From positions 2,048,001 through 2,112,000 of the forward strand of contig CAXXWQ010000004.1 in NCBI GenBank assembly GCA_963674945.2: a stretch of 64,000 nucleotides of DNA, given 5' to 3'. The stretch comes from an uncultured Desulfosarcina sp. Lineage in GTDB: Bacteria > Desulfobacterota > Desulfobacteria > Desulfobacterales > Desulfosarcinaceae. Below the pieces are notes generated by a model. The model saw only the letters and a program-made list of their open reading frames with translations, was not told the origin of the DNA and made no database searches. A program made the position numbers and the translations under genes. This document shows, in pieces, positions 40,401-49,904 of this stretch. Every line of letters begins with the position of its first letter. The first letter of the stretch is position 1.

Positions 40401-40850
40401 ATGAAAAGAGCACTGATCATCTTTGGTACGACCACCGGTAACACCGAAGAGATGGCGGGCATGGTTAAGAAAGAGCTAGAACAAGCGGGCGTCGAGACGG
40501 AGATGAAAGACGTAACCCAAGCGTCCGTCACGGACCTGACCGCCGGTCACGATCTGCTTCTGCTCGGGTGCCCGGCATACGGCGACGACGAAATCGAACT
40601 TCAGGAGGATTTCGCCGATTTTTACGAACAGCTCGATGGTATACGGATCGATGGGAAGGCCTTTGTCGTCTTTGCCCCCGGCGACAGCAGCTACGAGCAC
40701 TTTTGCGGATCCGTGGACATGCTTGAAGAGAAGATGACAGATCTTGGCGGCAAACTGTTGACAGACGGACTGAAGGTCGACGGCGACCCCGAGGATGCCG
40801 CAGGAGAAATTGAGAACTGGATTGCGTCGGTTGCCGCTTCCATCGACTAA
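40401..40850 (+). CDS. fld: Flavodoxin (short chain)
   Basis: GTTTGNTE, GCPAYGD, ELQEDF, GDSSYEHFCGSVD, LKVDGDP. Confidence 0.95.
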   Translation: MKRALIIFGTTTGNTEEMAGMVKKELEQAGVETEMKDVTQASVTDLTAGHDLLLLGCPAYGDDEIELQEDFADFYEQLDGIRIDGKAFVVFAPGDSSYEHFCGSVDMLEEKMTDLGGKLLTDGLKVDGDPEDAAGEIENWIASVAASID

Positions 40851-40902
40851 TCGCTATTCGATTCTTCCACCCACCTGATTTTGTCGGCAGTCAGGTGAAA
40901 AT

Positions 40903-40939
40903 GAACAACCCGGCCCATCTCCCCGGGTCCGGGTTGTTC
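40903..40939 (+). terminator. Hairpin downstream of flavodoxin
   Basis: GAACAACCCGG...CCGGGTTGTTC; no clear T-tract. Confidence 0.5.
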
Positions 40940-41096
40940 CAACTAATTATAGCGCCCAACCCGGTAGCGTCAGACAAAAAGCGAAATTCGGTCACGCTGG
41001 CCATCCCGCTTTTTCATCAAACAGCAAAAACGGATCGCTGCAAGATCCATACGGCACCAAAATTACGGGGCACCCGTTTTTTATGGTTGACATTTT

Positions 41097-41113
41097 AGTT
41101 AAGTTGCTGTACC
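41097..41113. promoter_or_regulatory. MarR-type operator overlapping the marR promoter
   Basis: AGTTAAGTTGCTGTACC after TTGACA (41087); variant of the palindrome at 41714. Confidence 0.65.
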
Positions 41114-41122
41114 TTAGCGACC

Positions 41123-41599
41123 ATGGATACCAAAGAAGATCTGATCAAGCATGCCCTTCGCGCGCTATTGCGTATCGCCCATTTGTATTCGCGTATCGAA
41201 GCGATGCCGGTTCCCGTGAACAGTCAAAATTCGGTGTCGACCCGTGAGGCGCACACCATTCAAGCCATTGGCGAGGGGGAAACCGTCAACGTGACCCAGG
41301 TGGCCGGTTATTTCGGGATTACCAAAAGCGCTGCTTCTCAATTAATTGCAAAGCTGGAAAAAAGAGGGTTTTTGGTGAAAAGGCCGGCTGCTCACAGCAA
41401 CAAGGAGTTTGAACTCGTTTTGACGGATTTGGGATGGTGTGCTTTTCGTGCCCACGAGCACTTTCACGGCAAAGATTTTACCGAGCTGGTAAACAGTCTG
41501 AGCTCGTTCCCCATCTCGCAAATCGCGACCCTGTCGGTACTGATGGAGACATTAAGCGGGGTGATGGAAAAGCGCCTCTCGCAACATTCGCAGAGGTAA
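41123..41599 (+). CDS. MarR-family transcriptional regulator
   Basis: EAHTIQAIG, VTQVA...ITKSAASQLIAKLEKRG, LTDLG. Confidence 0.92.
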   Translation: MDTKEDLIKHALRALLRIAHLYSRIEAMPVPVNSQNSVSTREAHTIQAIGEGETVNVTQVAGYFGITKSAASQLIAKLEKRGFLVKRPAAHSNKEFELVLTDLGWCAFRAHEHFHGKDFTELVNSLSSFPISQIATLSVLMETLSGVMEKRLSQHSQR

Positions 41600-41626
41600 T
41601 TGGTGCAAACGGTACTGTTCGCTATT

Positions 41627-41668
41627 GCCCACCCGGAAATGACCAAATTTGCCTATTTCCGGGCGGAC
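41627..41668. repeat. Degenerate REP-like palindrome (same family as 5728)
   Basis: CCGGAAATGACCAAATTTGCCTATTTCCGG core. Confidence 0.6.
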
Positions 41669-41713
41669 ACTCGATAGTATCCATCTGGACCCGGCAAATT
41701 TTTTTAGCTCAAT

Positions 41714-41730
41714 AGTTAAGTTGCTTAACT
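41714..41730. promoter_or_regulatory. MarR-type operator upstream of the MMPL operon
   Basis: AGTTAAG-TTG-CTTAACT perfect inverted repeat. Confidence 0.75.
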
Positions 41731-41752
41731 TTAAATGCCGCAAGGAGTACAG

Positions 41753-44386
41753 ATGAAAACAGTAAAATCCACCTTGATCGATTTTTCTATCAACCATTAC
41801 CGGTTGGCGACGCTGGTAATGGTTTTGTTTACCATTTCGATGAGCATTTTCTTCCCATGGATTCAAGTGGATACTGATCCAGAGAACATGCTTCCGAAGG
41901 ATGATCCGGCGCGTGTCTTTCACAATTTGTCCAAAAAAGAGTTCATGCTCAGTGAAACCGTTGTGGTCGGCGTTGTCAACGAGCATGATCCCGACGGGGT
42001 CTTCAACCCGGAAACCTTGGGGCATGTCTACGAATTAACCCAATTTGCCAAAACCCTGCGCTGGCTGGATGAAAGCAACCCCGGCGAAGTCTCCGGTGTT
42101 ATCGAGGTGGATATGCTCGGACCGTCATTGGCCGACCATATGAGCCAGGGTGGGCCTGGAGAAATCAAATTTGAATGGCTCATGTCCAAGCCGCCGGAAA
42201 CCCGGGAGGCGGCCCGGGCCATTCGTGACAAGGCCTATTCCAATCCCATGCTCAAAGGGCGGATGTTTTCGGAAGACGGCAAGGTGATCTGTATTTACCT
42301 GCCACTGACCGACAAGCATTTGAGCTACCGTATCAATGAAGAACTGAACAAGAAAATCGATTCGCTGGACGGGAAGGAGACCTACCATATTGCCGGCGTG
42401 CCGGTGGCGGAGGTCGCCATCGGTGTGGAGATGTTTTCCCAGATGGGCGTTGGCACGCCGTTGGCCATGGCGGTTATTTTCGCCTTTCTGGTATTGTTTT
42501 TCCGGAAATGGCGGTTGGTCATACTCCCCATGATCATCGCCATGTTTTCGGTCCTGTCCACGATGGGGTTGATGATCGCGCTCGGCTTTCAGGTTCACAT
42601 CTTAAGCTCGATGATTCCGATCTTTTTAATGTGTATCGGTACGGTCAGCTCCATTCATATTCTGTCGGAATTTTTCGATGTCTATTCCGATGAAAAGGGG
42701 CGAAAAGAGACGATACGTGCCGTGATGGACGAGCTGTACGTACCGATTCTCTATACTTCGCTGACCACTGCGGCCGGTTTTGCTTCCCTGGTGTTTACGC
42801 CAATTCCGCCGGCCCAAGTTTTCGGTGCTTTTCTCAGCGTCGGGGTCATAATCGCGTGGTTGTATACGGTCATTTTCGTACCGGCGTATGTCATGATGAT
42901 TCCAAAACGCAAACTCATCGATTTCGGTATGTCCGCCATGCAAAAAGAAAATGAAGGCCTGTTGACCAAAGTACTGCGGGCCACCGGCCGGCTGACTTTC
43001 CATCATCCCAAAAAACTGCTGGTGCTGTTTGTAATCCTTATGGGAACGGCCATTTGGGGAACCACACAAATCCATGTCAATGACAACTATGCCAAGCGTT
43101 TTGCCGACACCCATCCCATTCGCAAGGCCGACATTGCCCTGAACCGTCATCTGGACGGAACCTACACGGCGTATCTGATATTGCAGGCGCCAAAGATGGA
43201 TAATCTCGATCCCGAATTCGTTAAGACTTTTTTCTCAGGCTTAACCGCCTATGCCGACACCATTGAGCCCGAATTCGACAATGCACCCGCCCTTGCCGGA
43301 AAAATTGTCCGGATTGCATCGGAACAGGCAGGTTGCTGTCAATCCAAGGAATGCTTTCTCGACGCAACGGCAAAAAAAGTGGACCAACTTGCTCAAACGG
43401 CTTCCGATGAGGATTTCTACGCCTATGACGAACTTCACGCTTACATCGGCGTGGAAAAAGAGAAATTGAAGGTTTTTAAACGTCCGGAGACGCTAACCTA
43501 CATGGCAGGACTTCAGAAACATATGGAGGCAACCGGACTGGTTGGGAAAACCACTTCCACCGTGGATGTGGTGAGAAAAATCAACCAGGAGATGATTGAT
43601 GGAAAACCGGAGAACTACCGCATCCCGGATAAGCTGCAGGGCATAGCCGAATGCTATTTGCAATTCCAGCAGGGGCATAGGCCCGATGACCTGTGGCACA
43701 TGGTTACGCCGGATTTTATGCAGGCCAATCTGTGGATGCAGTTGAAAAGCGGAGACAGCAGTGCCATGAAATCCGCCGTCGAGGCAGTCGATGCCTATAT
43801 AAAAAAGAATCCCGCGCCGTTTAGCGTAACCCATCGTTGGTCCGGGCTGCATTATATCAACCTGGTGCTTCAGGAAAAGCTGACTCCCTCCATGCTGCGC
43901 TCGTTCCTCGGAAGCTTTGCCGTGGTTTTTGTAATGATGACGTTTCTGTTCCGTTCTTTACGCTGGGGCTTGCTTTGCATGGTACCGCTGACCATCACCA
44001 TCTTGACGATATACGGAATCATCGGCATCTCCGGCAAGGATTACGATTTGCCGGTCGCCGTCCTGGGTGCCCTGGCGCTGGGAATGGCGGTGGATTTTGC
44101 CATCCATTTTCTGCAGCGCGGGCGCGTTTACTGCAACACCAAGGGGTCGTGGGAACAAACCTATGACTATCTGTTCGGCGAACCGGCCCGGGCGATTAGC
44201 CGTAACGTGATGGTTATCGCCATCGGTTTTCTGCCGCTTTTGATCGGACCGATCGTTCCCTATAAAACCATCGGCACCATGCTGTTCGCCATTATGACCC
44301 TTTCCGGGATCTTTACCCTGCTGGTACTCCCGTCAATGCTGACGGTTTTTGAAAATCGGTTTTTTAAAAACCGGCAACAAAAATAA
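41753..44386 (+). CDS. MMPL/RND-family transporter
   Basis: Two TM bundles with large periplasmic loops; TSLTTAAGF, GMAVDFAIHF; start after AAGGAG. Confidence 0.9.
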   Translation: MKTVKSTLIDFSINHYRLATLVMVLFTISMSIFFPWIQVDTDPENMLPKDDPARVFHNLSKKEFMLSETVVVGVVNEHDPDGVFNPETLGHVYELTQFAKTLRWLDESNPGEVSGVIEVDMLGPSLADHMSQGGPGEIKFEWLMSKPPETREAARAIRDKAYSNPMLKGRMFSEDGKVICIYLPLTDKHLSYRINEELNKKIDSLDGKETYHIAGVPVAEVAIGVEMFSQMGVGTPLAMAVIFAFLVLFFRKWRLVILPMIIAMFSVLSTMGLMIALGFQVHILSSMIPIFLMCIGTVSSIHILSEFFDVYSDEKGRKETIRAVMDELYVPILYTSLTTAAGFASLVFTPIPPAQVFGAFLSVGVIIAWLYTVIFVPAYVMMIPKRKLIDFGMSAMQKENEGLLTKVLRATGRLTFHHPKKLLVLFVILMGTAIWGTTQIHVNDNYAKRFADTHPIRKADIALNRHLDGTYTAYLILQAPKMDNLDPEFVKTFFSGLTAYADTIEPEFDNAPALAGKIVRIASEQAGCCQSKECFLDATAKKVDQLAQTASDEDFYAYDELHAYIGVEKEKLKVFKRPETLTYMAGLQKHMEATGLVGKTTSTVDVVRKINQEMIDGKPENYRIPDKLQGIAECYLQFQQGHRPDDLWHMVTPDFMQANLWMQLKSGDSSAMKSAVEAVDAYIKKNPAPFSVTHRWSGLHYINLVLQEKLTPSMLRSFLGSFAVVFVMMTFLFRSLRWGLLCMVPLTITILTIYGIIGISGKDYDLPVAVLGALALGMAVDFAIHFLQRGRVYCNTKGSWEQTYDYLFGEPARAISRNVMVIAIGFLPLLIGPIVPYKTIGTMLFAIMTLSGIFTLLVLPSMLTVFENRFFKNRQQK

Positions 44387-44462
44387 TTGCACAGGCATCC
44401 GAAGCAACCGGTGCATCCGAACTCGATACTTCTCATAAATAATAAAGGAAGGGAAGCATTTC

Positions 44463-45290
44463 ATGAAACGATCTTTTTTACTTTTATTGGGAGGACTGTT
44501 GTTGGCAGCCGGTGCGGCCATGGCCCAAACGGAAACGCCGACGGTTGATGAAATCATCCTTAAGGCCAACCACATGGCCCTTTACCAGGGTACGGATACC
44601 AAGGCAAAGGTATCTTTGGTGATTACGGACAAACAGGGGCGGGTGCGCAAAAGAGCATTTCGCAGCCTGCGCAAAAACGATGACAATCTGGATCGAAACC
44701 AGAAGTACTACACATTTTTTCAGGCACCTGCCGATGTGCGCAAAATGACGTTCATGGTGCACAAACATGCCGCTCTCGAAAAGGACGACGACAGATGGCT
44801 CTATTTGCCGAGCCTGGATCTGGTCAAACGGATCGCCGCAAGCGATAAACGTACGAGTTTTGTGGGATCGGATTTCCTATACGAGGATATTTCCGGTCGC
44901 AGCCCGGAAGACGATTCCCATGAGCTTATCGAGACGACAGAAAAATACTATGTGATTAAAAATACTCCGAAAAAGCCCGATAGTGTGGAGTTTGCCCACT
45001 ACGCCGCCTACATCGACAAAAAGAACTTTTTACCGATGAAGATGGAATTCTTTAAAGAGGACGGTCGGGTTTACCGGGTGATCGAATCGGTGAAAGTGGA
45101 TGCAATTAAAGCCGAGCAAAACGGCCTGCCGGTCACCTATCCAACCGTCACCGTTTCCGTTGCCAAAAACCTGGAAAGCGGCAGTACGACAAAAATGACC
45201 ATTTCCAATGTTCATTACAATGTCGGCATCCGCGACAATATTTTTACCGAACGTTACCTGAGAAGACCGCCAAGGGATGTAATGCGATGA
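44463..45290 (+). CDS. Outer-membrane lipoprotein-sorting (LolA-like) protein
   Basis: Signal peptide; PADVR, DDRWLYLPSL..VKRI, SFVGSDF.YED, FTERYL. Confidence 0.9.
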   Translation: MKRSFLLLLGGLLLAAGAAMAQTETPTVDEIILKANHMALYQGTDTKAKVSLVITDKQGRVRKRAFRSLRKNDDNLDRNQKYYTFFQAPADVRKMTFMVHKHAALEKDDDRWLYLPSLDLVKRIAASDKRTSFVGSDFLYEDISGRSPEDDSHELIETTEKYYVIKNTPKKPDSVEFAHYAAYIDKKNFLPMKMEFFKEDGRVYRVIESVKVDAIKAEQNGLPVTYPTVTVSVAKNLESGSTTKMTISNVHYNVGIRDNIFTERYLRRPPRDVMR

Positions 45291-46570
45291 CACGAACCTT
45301 CAAGACAATATGCCTGATACTGCTTTTAACCATGATGCAGACCTCGGCCCCTGCCCTTGGGGCCGAGAAAAAGAAAAAGGCCTGGCCGGAATTTTTAGAA
45401 CTGTTGGAGGCACATGGATTTTTAGAGGTGCGCGGTGGAATCCGGACCCAGGACGATCCCAAGGCCAAGGACATCTCGGTGCTGGAGGCCCGGCTTCAGG
45501 CGGATCTATTTACCTACACGGATTGGGCGGAGTTCAAATTCAAGGGGGATGTTTGGGCCGACGGCGTCACCGAAAAAGGAGAAGGCGATATCCGAGAGGC
45601 CTTGTTTTTCTCGCGACCATCCGATTTTTTGGATCTCAAGATCGGCCGCCAGGTCCTGACCTGGGGAACGGGGGATCTGGTTTTTCTCAACGATCTTTTT
45701 CCCATGGATTGGCAGTCGTATTTCATCGGACGGGACGCCGAGTACCTGAAGGCGCCATCGGATGCAGCGAAGATCAGCTTGTTTAGCGAGATTGCCAATG
45801 TTGACCTGGTATACACGCCGCAGTTCGATCCCGACCGCTATATCACCGGTGAGTATGTCTCTTATTGGGATGCGGCCGCGGTCGACCATGCCGGTCGGGA
45901 CGACATCATCCATGCCGACAGGCCCAATAACTGGTTCGATGATGACGAATTTGCGGTTCGTATATACCGGAATGTCCGCAATTACGAACTGGCGCTATAT
46001 GGATATTGGGGTTTCTGGAAACGACCCGGCGGCCAAACCGCTTCCGGAACGGTCATCTTCCCCGAGCTGAACGTCTACGGCGCCAGTATCCGGGGACAGT
46101 TTGCCGGTGGAATCGGCAACCTGGAACTGGCCTATTACGATTCGGCCGAGGATTCCGGCGGAAGCGATCCGTTGATCAACAACTCGGAAATGCGCTATGT
46201 GGCGGGCTACACCCGGGACCTGGCCATGGATCTTAATGCCGGCTTGCAGTATTACGTGGAGCAACTGCTGGATTATGGCGCCTATGAGAAGAGTCTTTCC
46301 GGCGGCCCGGCCAGGGACGAGTTCAGGCATGTCATCACCTTGCAACTCACCCAATTGCTGATGAACCAGACCCTTGCGCTGTCGCTGTCCGGCTATTACT
46401 CTCCCAGCGATAAAGACGCCTATCTTCGACCAAAAATCAGTTACGATTTCAGCGACAGGATCATCGTTGAAACCGGTGCCAATATTTTCATAGGGAAAGG
46501 GGATCATACATTTTTCGGCCAGTTCGAAAAGGACACGAATATTTATGCGGCCGTTAGGTACAACCTTTAG
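45287..46570 (+). CDS. Outer-membrane beta-barrel protein (DUF1302-like partner of MMPL/LolA-like genes)
   Basis: Signal peptide; DLKIGRQVLTWGTGD; C-terminal FFGQF...YAAVRYNL. Confidence 0.75.
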   Translation: MTRTFKTICLILLLTMMQTSAPALGAEKKKKAWPEFLELLEAHGFLEVRGGIRTQDDPKAKDISVLEARLQADLFTYTDWAEFKFKGDVWADGVTEKGEGDIREALFFSRPSDFLDLKIGRQVLTWGTGDLVFLNDLFPMDWQSYFIGRDAEYLKAPSDAAKISLFSEIANVDLVYTPQFDPDRYITGEYVSYWDAAAVDHAGRDDIIHADRPNNWFDDDEFAVRIYRNVRNYELALYGYWGFWKRPGGQTASGTVIFPELNVYGASIRGQFAGGIGNLELAYYDSAEDSGGSDPLINNSEMRYVAGYTRDLAMDLNAGLQYYVEQLLDYGAYEKSLSGGPARDEFRHVITLQLTQLLMNQTLALSLSGYYSPSDKDAYLRPKISYDFSDRIIVETGANIFIGKGDHTFFGQFEKDTNIYAAVRYNL

Positions 46571-47054
46571 GGAAAAGGCCTTCGTATAGATCCTTTGTTC
46601 GCTGAAACAGTCTGCTATTTTCTTGCTCACCGATGAGTAACGATGACCTTTAAAAACTTATAATTTATACAGAAATTGAAAAAAGGAGCTGGTGCTGTAT
46701 TCCTTGACCTCGGCTGCGGCCCGTATCGTTGGCCCTTCGAGTACTGTCATCGCACTGGACAAGTGGCAATATCTCATCGACGGGTTAACGGACAAAGCAT
46801 CTTCCGAAGGAAGGAATAACATAAACACTGCCAATGAATAGAACCGACCCAATTACAGTCATACCGGCAGCGCCTCCCAGTGTGAGAAGGACGTGGGCTA
46901 CGCTGAACAGGTGTCGGTTTCCCTCCTGTCTTACCGGCAGCATGTATAATCTGCTTTTTACAAGCATGGATTCGAGCCTTTTAATCCAAAGGGGTTGACA
47001 GGCAATCTCCTTGATAATAAGAGATGGATCTCACAGTTTAAAAATAAAGAAAGT

Positions 47055-47147
47055 TCTTACGTCAGCCGGTCTTCTTAGCGACGCGAGTTGAAGTGAAGGC
47101 GTGGCCATACTTTTTGTCTTACGGGTATGTCCACGCCTTCTTTATTT
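47055..47147 (+). promoter_or_regulatory. Leader attenuator-like RNA element, copy 4
   Basis: TCTTACG, hairpin TCAGC..GTTGA, AGTGAAGGCG (47092), terminator GAAGGCGTGG..CCACGCCTTC-TTTATTT. Confidence 0.85.
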
Positions 47148-47182
47148 GGCGGCATTAATCTTTTAATAGGGAGAAATACTCC

Positions 47183-48151
47183 ATGCAACAGCGAGTATTC
47201 AGGAGATTCATCGTATCCGTACTGTTTTTTTTCATCATTGGCTGTATAGTGGTTCCGGCCATGGCCTCACTGGCCCAAACACCCAAAAAAATGGATGTGA
47301 TCATGATCGGCGATTGTCTGGTGGATGTTGCCCATGGTCTGGGCGTACTACCGTCGGCCATGTCTGTGCGCTGTTCCCTGTGGCCCATGTGCTCATCCTT
47401 GCAATCTGCCGTCCACGTTCTGGGATGCCCCAATTGCCTGACCAAGAAAAAAGCGGCGCCATTACTCGCATTTGCCAAAAAAAATGGGATCAATCGTGTC
47501 CTGATCGAAAAGAGCGACCCGTTTTGCACCTACGTGCCGAAGTTACAATTAAAGAGGATCGCATCCTTTTTACAGGACAAGGGATTCGAAATACGATACA
47601 TCGATTTTACCAAGGGAATCGGAGCGGCCGTGAGACAAACAGCCAACCTGTTGGAGTGTGCGGAAAAGGCCGATGACGTGTTGACTGATTATGCCAAGGA
47701 GATGGACAAAACCCGCAAAAAGATTGCCGGACAGCAATTTGCCAAGACGGTTGTCATTCTGCACGGCACTTATCAGGAAGCCACGGGAAAGACATTTTTG
47801 CGTGTCGAGGCGCCTGGTGGATACGCGGATCGCTTTCTGCTCAAGCCCATGGGAATTGAAAACGTGGGTGGGAAAGTTTACAAATCGGGTAACAAACCGT
47901 CCAAGGGACATGTTTTGGTTCGCAAGCTTGATGGCTTGATCCCTGCAGCCCCCGAGGCCATCGTGATGACCGGCGATGCCATTGCCGTGCAAAAGGCTCT
48001 GGCCGATGCCATTGGCGAGAATCCGTCCCTGGCCAAAATACCAGCCGTTAAGGCGCATGCCATTTACAGCCTGCCGGGTTACATCGACGCCAGTGTGCTC
48101 GAGTACCCGCTCATCCTTCGGCGCTGGGCCGATGCGCTAGGCAAAGAATAG
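47183..48151 (+). CDS. Periplasmic binding protein, Fe-siderophore/heme/B12 class (orphan)
   Basis: Signal peptide; LGVLP, PEAIVMTG, IPAVKAHAIYSLP typical of helical-backbone SBPs; Cys-rich N-terminal lobe. Confidence 0.72.
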   Translation: MQQRVFRRFIVSVLFFFIIGCIVVPAMASLAQTPKKMDVIMIGDCLVDVAHGLGVLPSAMSVRCSLWPMCSSLQSAVHVLGCPNCLTKKKAAPLLAFAKKNGINRVLIEKSDPFCTYVPKLQLKRIASFLQDKGFEIRYIDFTKGIGAAVRQTANLLECAEKADDVLTDYAKEMDKTRKKIAGQQFAKTVVILHGTYQEATGKTFLRVEAPGGYADRFLLKPMGIENVGGKVYKSGNKPSKGHVLVRKLDGLIPAAPEAIVMTGDAIAVQKALADAIGENPSLAKIPAVKAHAIYSLPGYIDASVLEYPLILRRWADALGKE

Positions 48152-48211
48152 ATCGGACACCGCCCAAATAATTGCAATTGGAAAAATCGAACCAAAAAGC
48201 TTGACTTTTTT

Positions 48212-48228
48212 TGTTTAGTAGCTATACA
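48212..48228. promoter_or_regulatory. MarR-type operator at the second marR promoter
   Basis: TGTTTAG-TAG-CTATACA after TTGACT; matches the site at 48704. Confidence 0.6.
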
Positions 48229-48235
48229 TAATGGC

Positions 48236-48685
48236 ATGGAAAAAAGAATCGTTAAACTGTCAAGAATGCTCCTGCGGGTCTTTAACAAATTTGCCCAAAA
48301 CGAAAAAAAGCCGCGCCGCTTTGGCGTGGATGAACTGTTGCATGCGTCCGAGATTCACATGGTCATGTTGATCGGAGACAACCCCGGGGGCCATGGTGCC
48401 GAGCTGGCCCGGATTGCTGGTGTTACTCGGGGTGCAGTCTCCCAACTCATTGCCAAACTCGAGAAAAAGGGGCTTGTACAAAAAATCGATGATACCGAAA
48501 ACGGTTTGAAAAAGGTGCCGGTCCTCACCAACAAAGGCAAGGTAGCCTATTATGCCCATGAGCGATACCATGAAGAGATGGACGGCGACCTTTATGATTA
48601 TGTGGCCCGGTTGACGGATGAACAGCTGGTTGTCATCGAGAATTTTCTGCTGGAACTGGAAAAAATGGCGGATCGGCTCCGTTGA
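48236..48685 (+). CDS. MarR-family transcriptional regulator
   Basis: SEIHMVMLIG, ELARIAGVTRGAVSQLIAKLEKKG, LTNKG. Confidence 0.92.
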   Translation: MEKRIVKLSRMLLRVFNKFAQNEKKPRRFGVDELLHASEIHMVMLIGDNPGGHGAELARIAGVTRGAVSQLIAKLEKKGLVQKIDDTENGLKKVPVLTNKGKVAYYAHERYHEEMDGDLYDYVARLTDEQLVVIENFLLELEKMADRLR

Positions 48686-48703
48686 TTTTTTTTTGGGCCT
48701 AAA

Positions 48704-48720
48704 CGTATAGTAACTTAACA
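48704..48720. promoter_or_regulatory. MarR-type operator upstream of the methyltransferase
   Basis: CGTATAG-TAA-CTTAACA. Confidence 0.6.
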
Positions 48721-48736
48721 TTAAAGGGGAACGAAA

Positions 48737-49279
48737 ATGAAAAAACTGTTTAATCCTCAATCGAAAACCGGCTATCGCCTCATGGTCTGGACCTTTAGAA
48801 TCATGGATCTTTTCGGCAAACCCGACCGGCGATTGGATGATTTCCGGCTTCAAACGGGAAGTGTGGTAGTGGACTTTGGCTGCGGACCGGGCCGCTATAT
48901 CTGCAAGGCAGCAGACCAGGTAGGTCCGAACGGCCACGTCTATGCGGCGGATATCCATCCAATGGCCATCGATCTGGTCAAACAAAAAATTGATACGTAT
49001 CGCCTGACCAATGTGACGCCGGTGCTGCTGAGCGACGAGTCGGGAACCATTCCGGATCGCAGCGCCGATGTCGTCTATGCCCTGGACATGTTCCACCAAG
49101 TCGATGATCCGGCAGCCTTTTTGGACGGAATTCATCGCATCGTTAAGCCGGAAGGCGTGCTCTACCTGGAAGATGGCCATCAGCCACGCAGCCAAAGTCT
49201 GGAAAAAGTCCGACGCGCCAAACGATGGCGGGTCGCACGGGAAAACAAACAGTGGATGGAATTAAAACCTGCTGCCTAA
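48737..49279 (+). CDS. Class I SAM-dependent methyltransferase
   Basis: VVDFGCGPG, VYAADI, ADVV..DMFH, VKPEG. Confidence 0.9.
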   Translation: MKKLFNPQSKTGYRLMVWTFRIMDLFGKPDRRLDDFRLQTGSVVVDFGCGPGRYICKAADQVGPNGHVYAADIHPMAIDLVKQKIDTYRLTNVTPVLLSDESGTIPDRSADVVYALDMFHQVDDPAAFLDGIHRIVKPEGVLYLEDGHQPRSQSLEKVRRAKRWRVARENKQWMELKPAA

Positions 49280-49761
49280 AAATGCGCATAGAAAGGCCTC
49301 CAATGCCAAAAAGAATTTTACTCGCATGCCGTCGACCCTGGCCAATCGCTTCGTGCATCTAAACTTCGACGTGGATGTGACCGAGTGGCTGACCTGGGCG
49401 CAAGCTCGCGGGATAGCACCGGCGGTCGCCGCCCGGCGATTCCTCGCGCTGGTAGATCGGCCCTCCTGAAAGGAGGCTACATACGAAAACCGTTATACGC
49501 CGATTAACGATATGATCACGGCACCTATCCACTTTGCACCTATCCACCTTACTCTTTTGGTCAAAGCCCATACCATTTGCTGTTCTTCTACGTGAGTTAT
49601 AGGACTTTGCGAGAAATTAAACTTTTATTATGCTGGCCGTTTTCATCTGTTCCGTTGTAAAAACCATTCACAACCAACGGAATCCAATACCACCGCAAGT
49701 ATCGCCACTCATATACCAGCGGATATCAGCAAAAAAGTATTGACAACCGGCAATATAAAAG

Positions 49762-49794
49762 TTAGATTTTTCTAACTTATAAAGTGTTCACTAA
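49762..49794. promoter_or_regulatory. Tandem DtxR-like operators at the DUF2325 promoter
   Basis: AAG-TTAGATTTTTCTAA-CTT (49762, near-perfect palindrome) and AAAGTGTTCACTAA (49781), 19 bp apart, after TTGACA (49740). Confidence 0.75.
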
Positions 49795-49808
49795 TAATAA
49801 GTTGACTT

Positions 49809-49886
49809 TCTTACGGCTCGGACCGATGGATCACCATTGGCAGTGAAGGCGCCTTGGCACCGACCCCCAAAGCACTTTCTGATTTT
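49809..49886 (+). promoter_or_regulatory. Leader attenuator-like RNA element, copy 5 (degenerate terminator)
   Basis: TCTTACG, hairpin CCGATGG..CCATTGG, AGTGAAGGCG (49842); 3' arm CCAAAGCACTTT is mismatched. Confidence 0.78.
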
Positions 49887-49904
49887 GATATGGAGGAATC
49901 AACC

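Noticed and set aside
46658..46967. Short minus-strand ORFs in the intergenic gap
   Set aside because: No RBS or recognisable motif; opposite to the cluster orientation.
49359..49571. Minus-strand 70-aa ORF with KVDRC repeat
   Set aside because: Arises from a 15-bp DNA direct repeat (GCACCTATCCAC); no protein-like features. A short plus-strand gene remnant nearby could not be identified.
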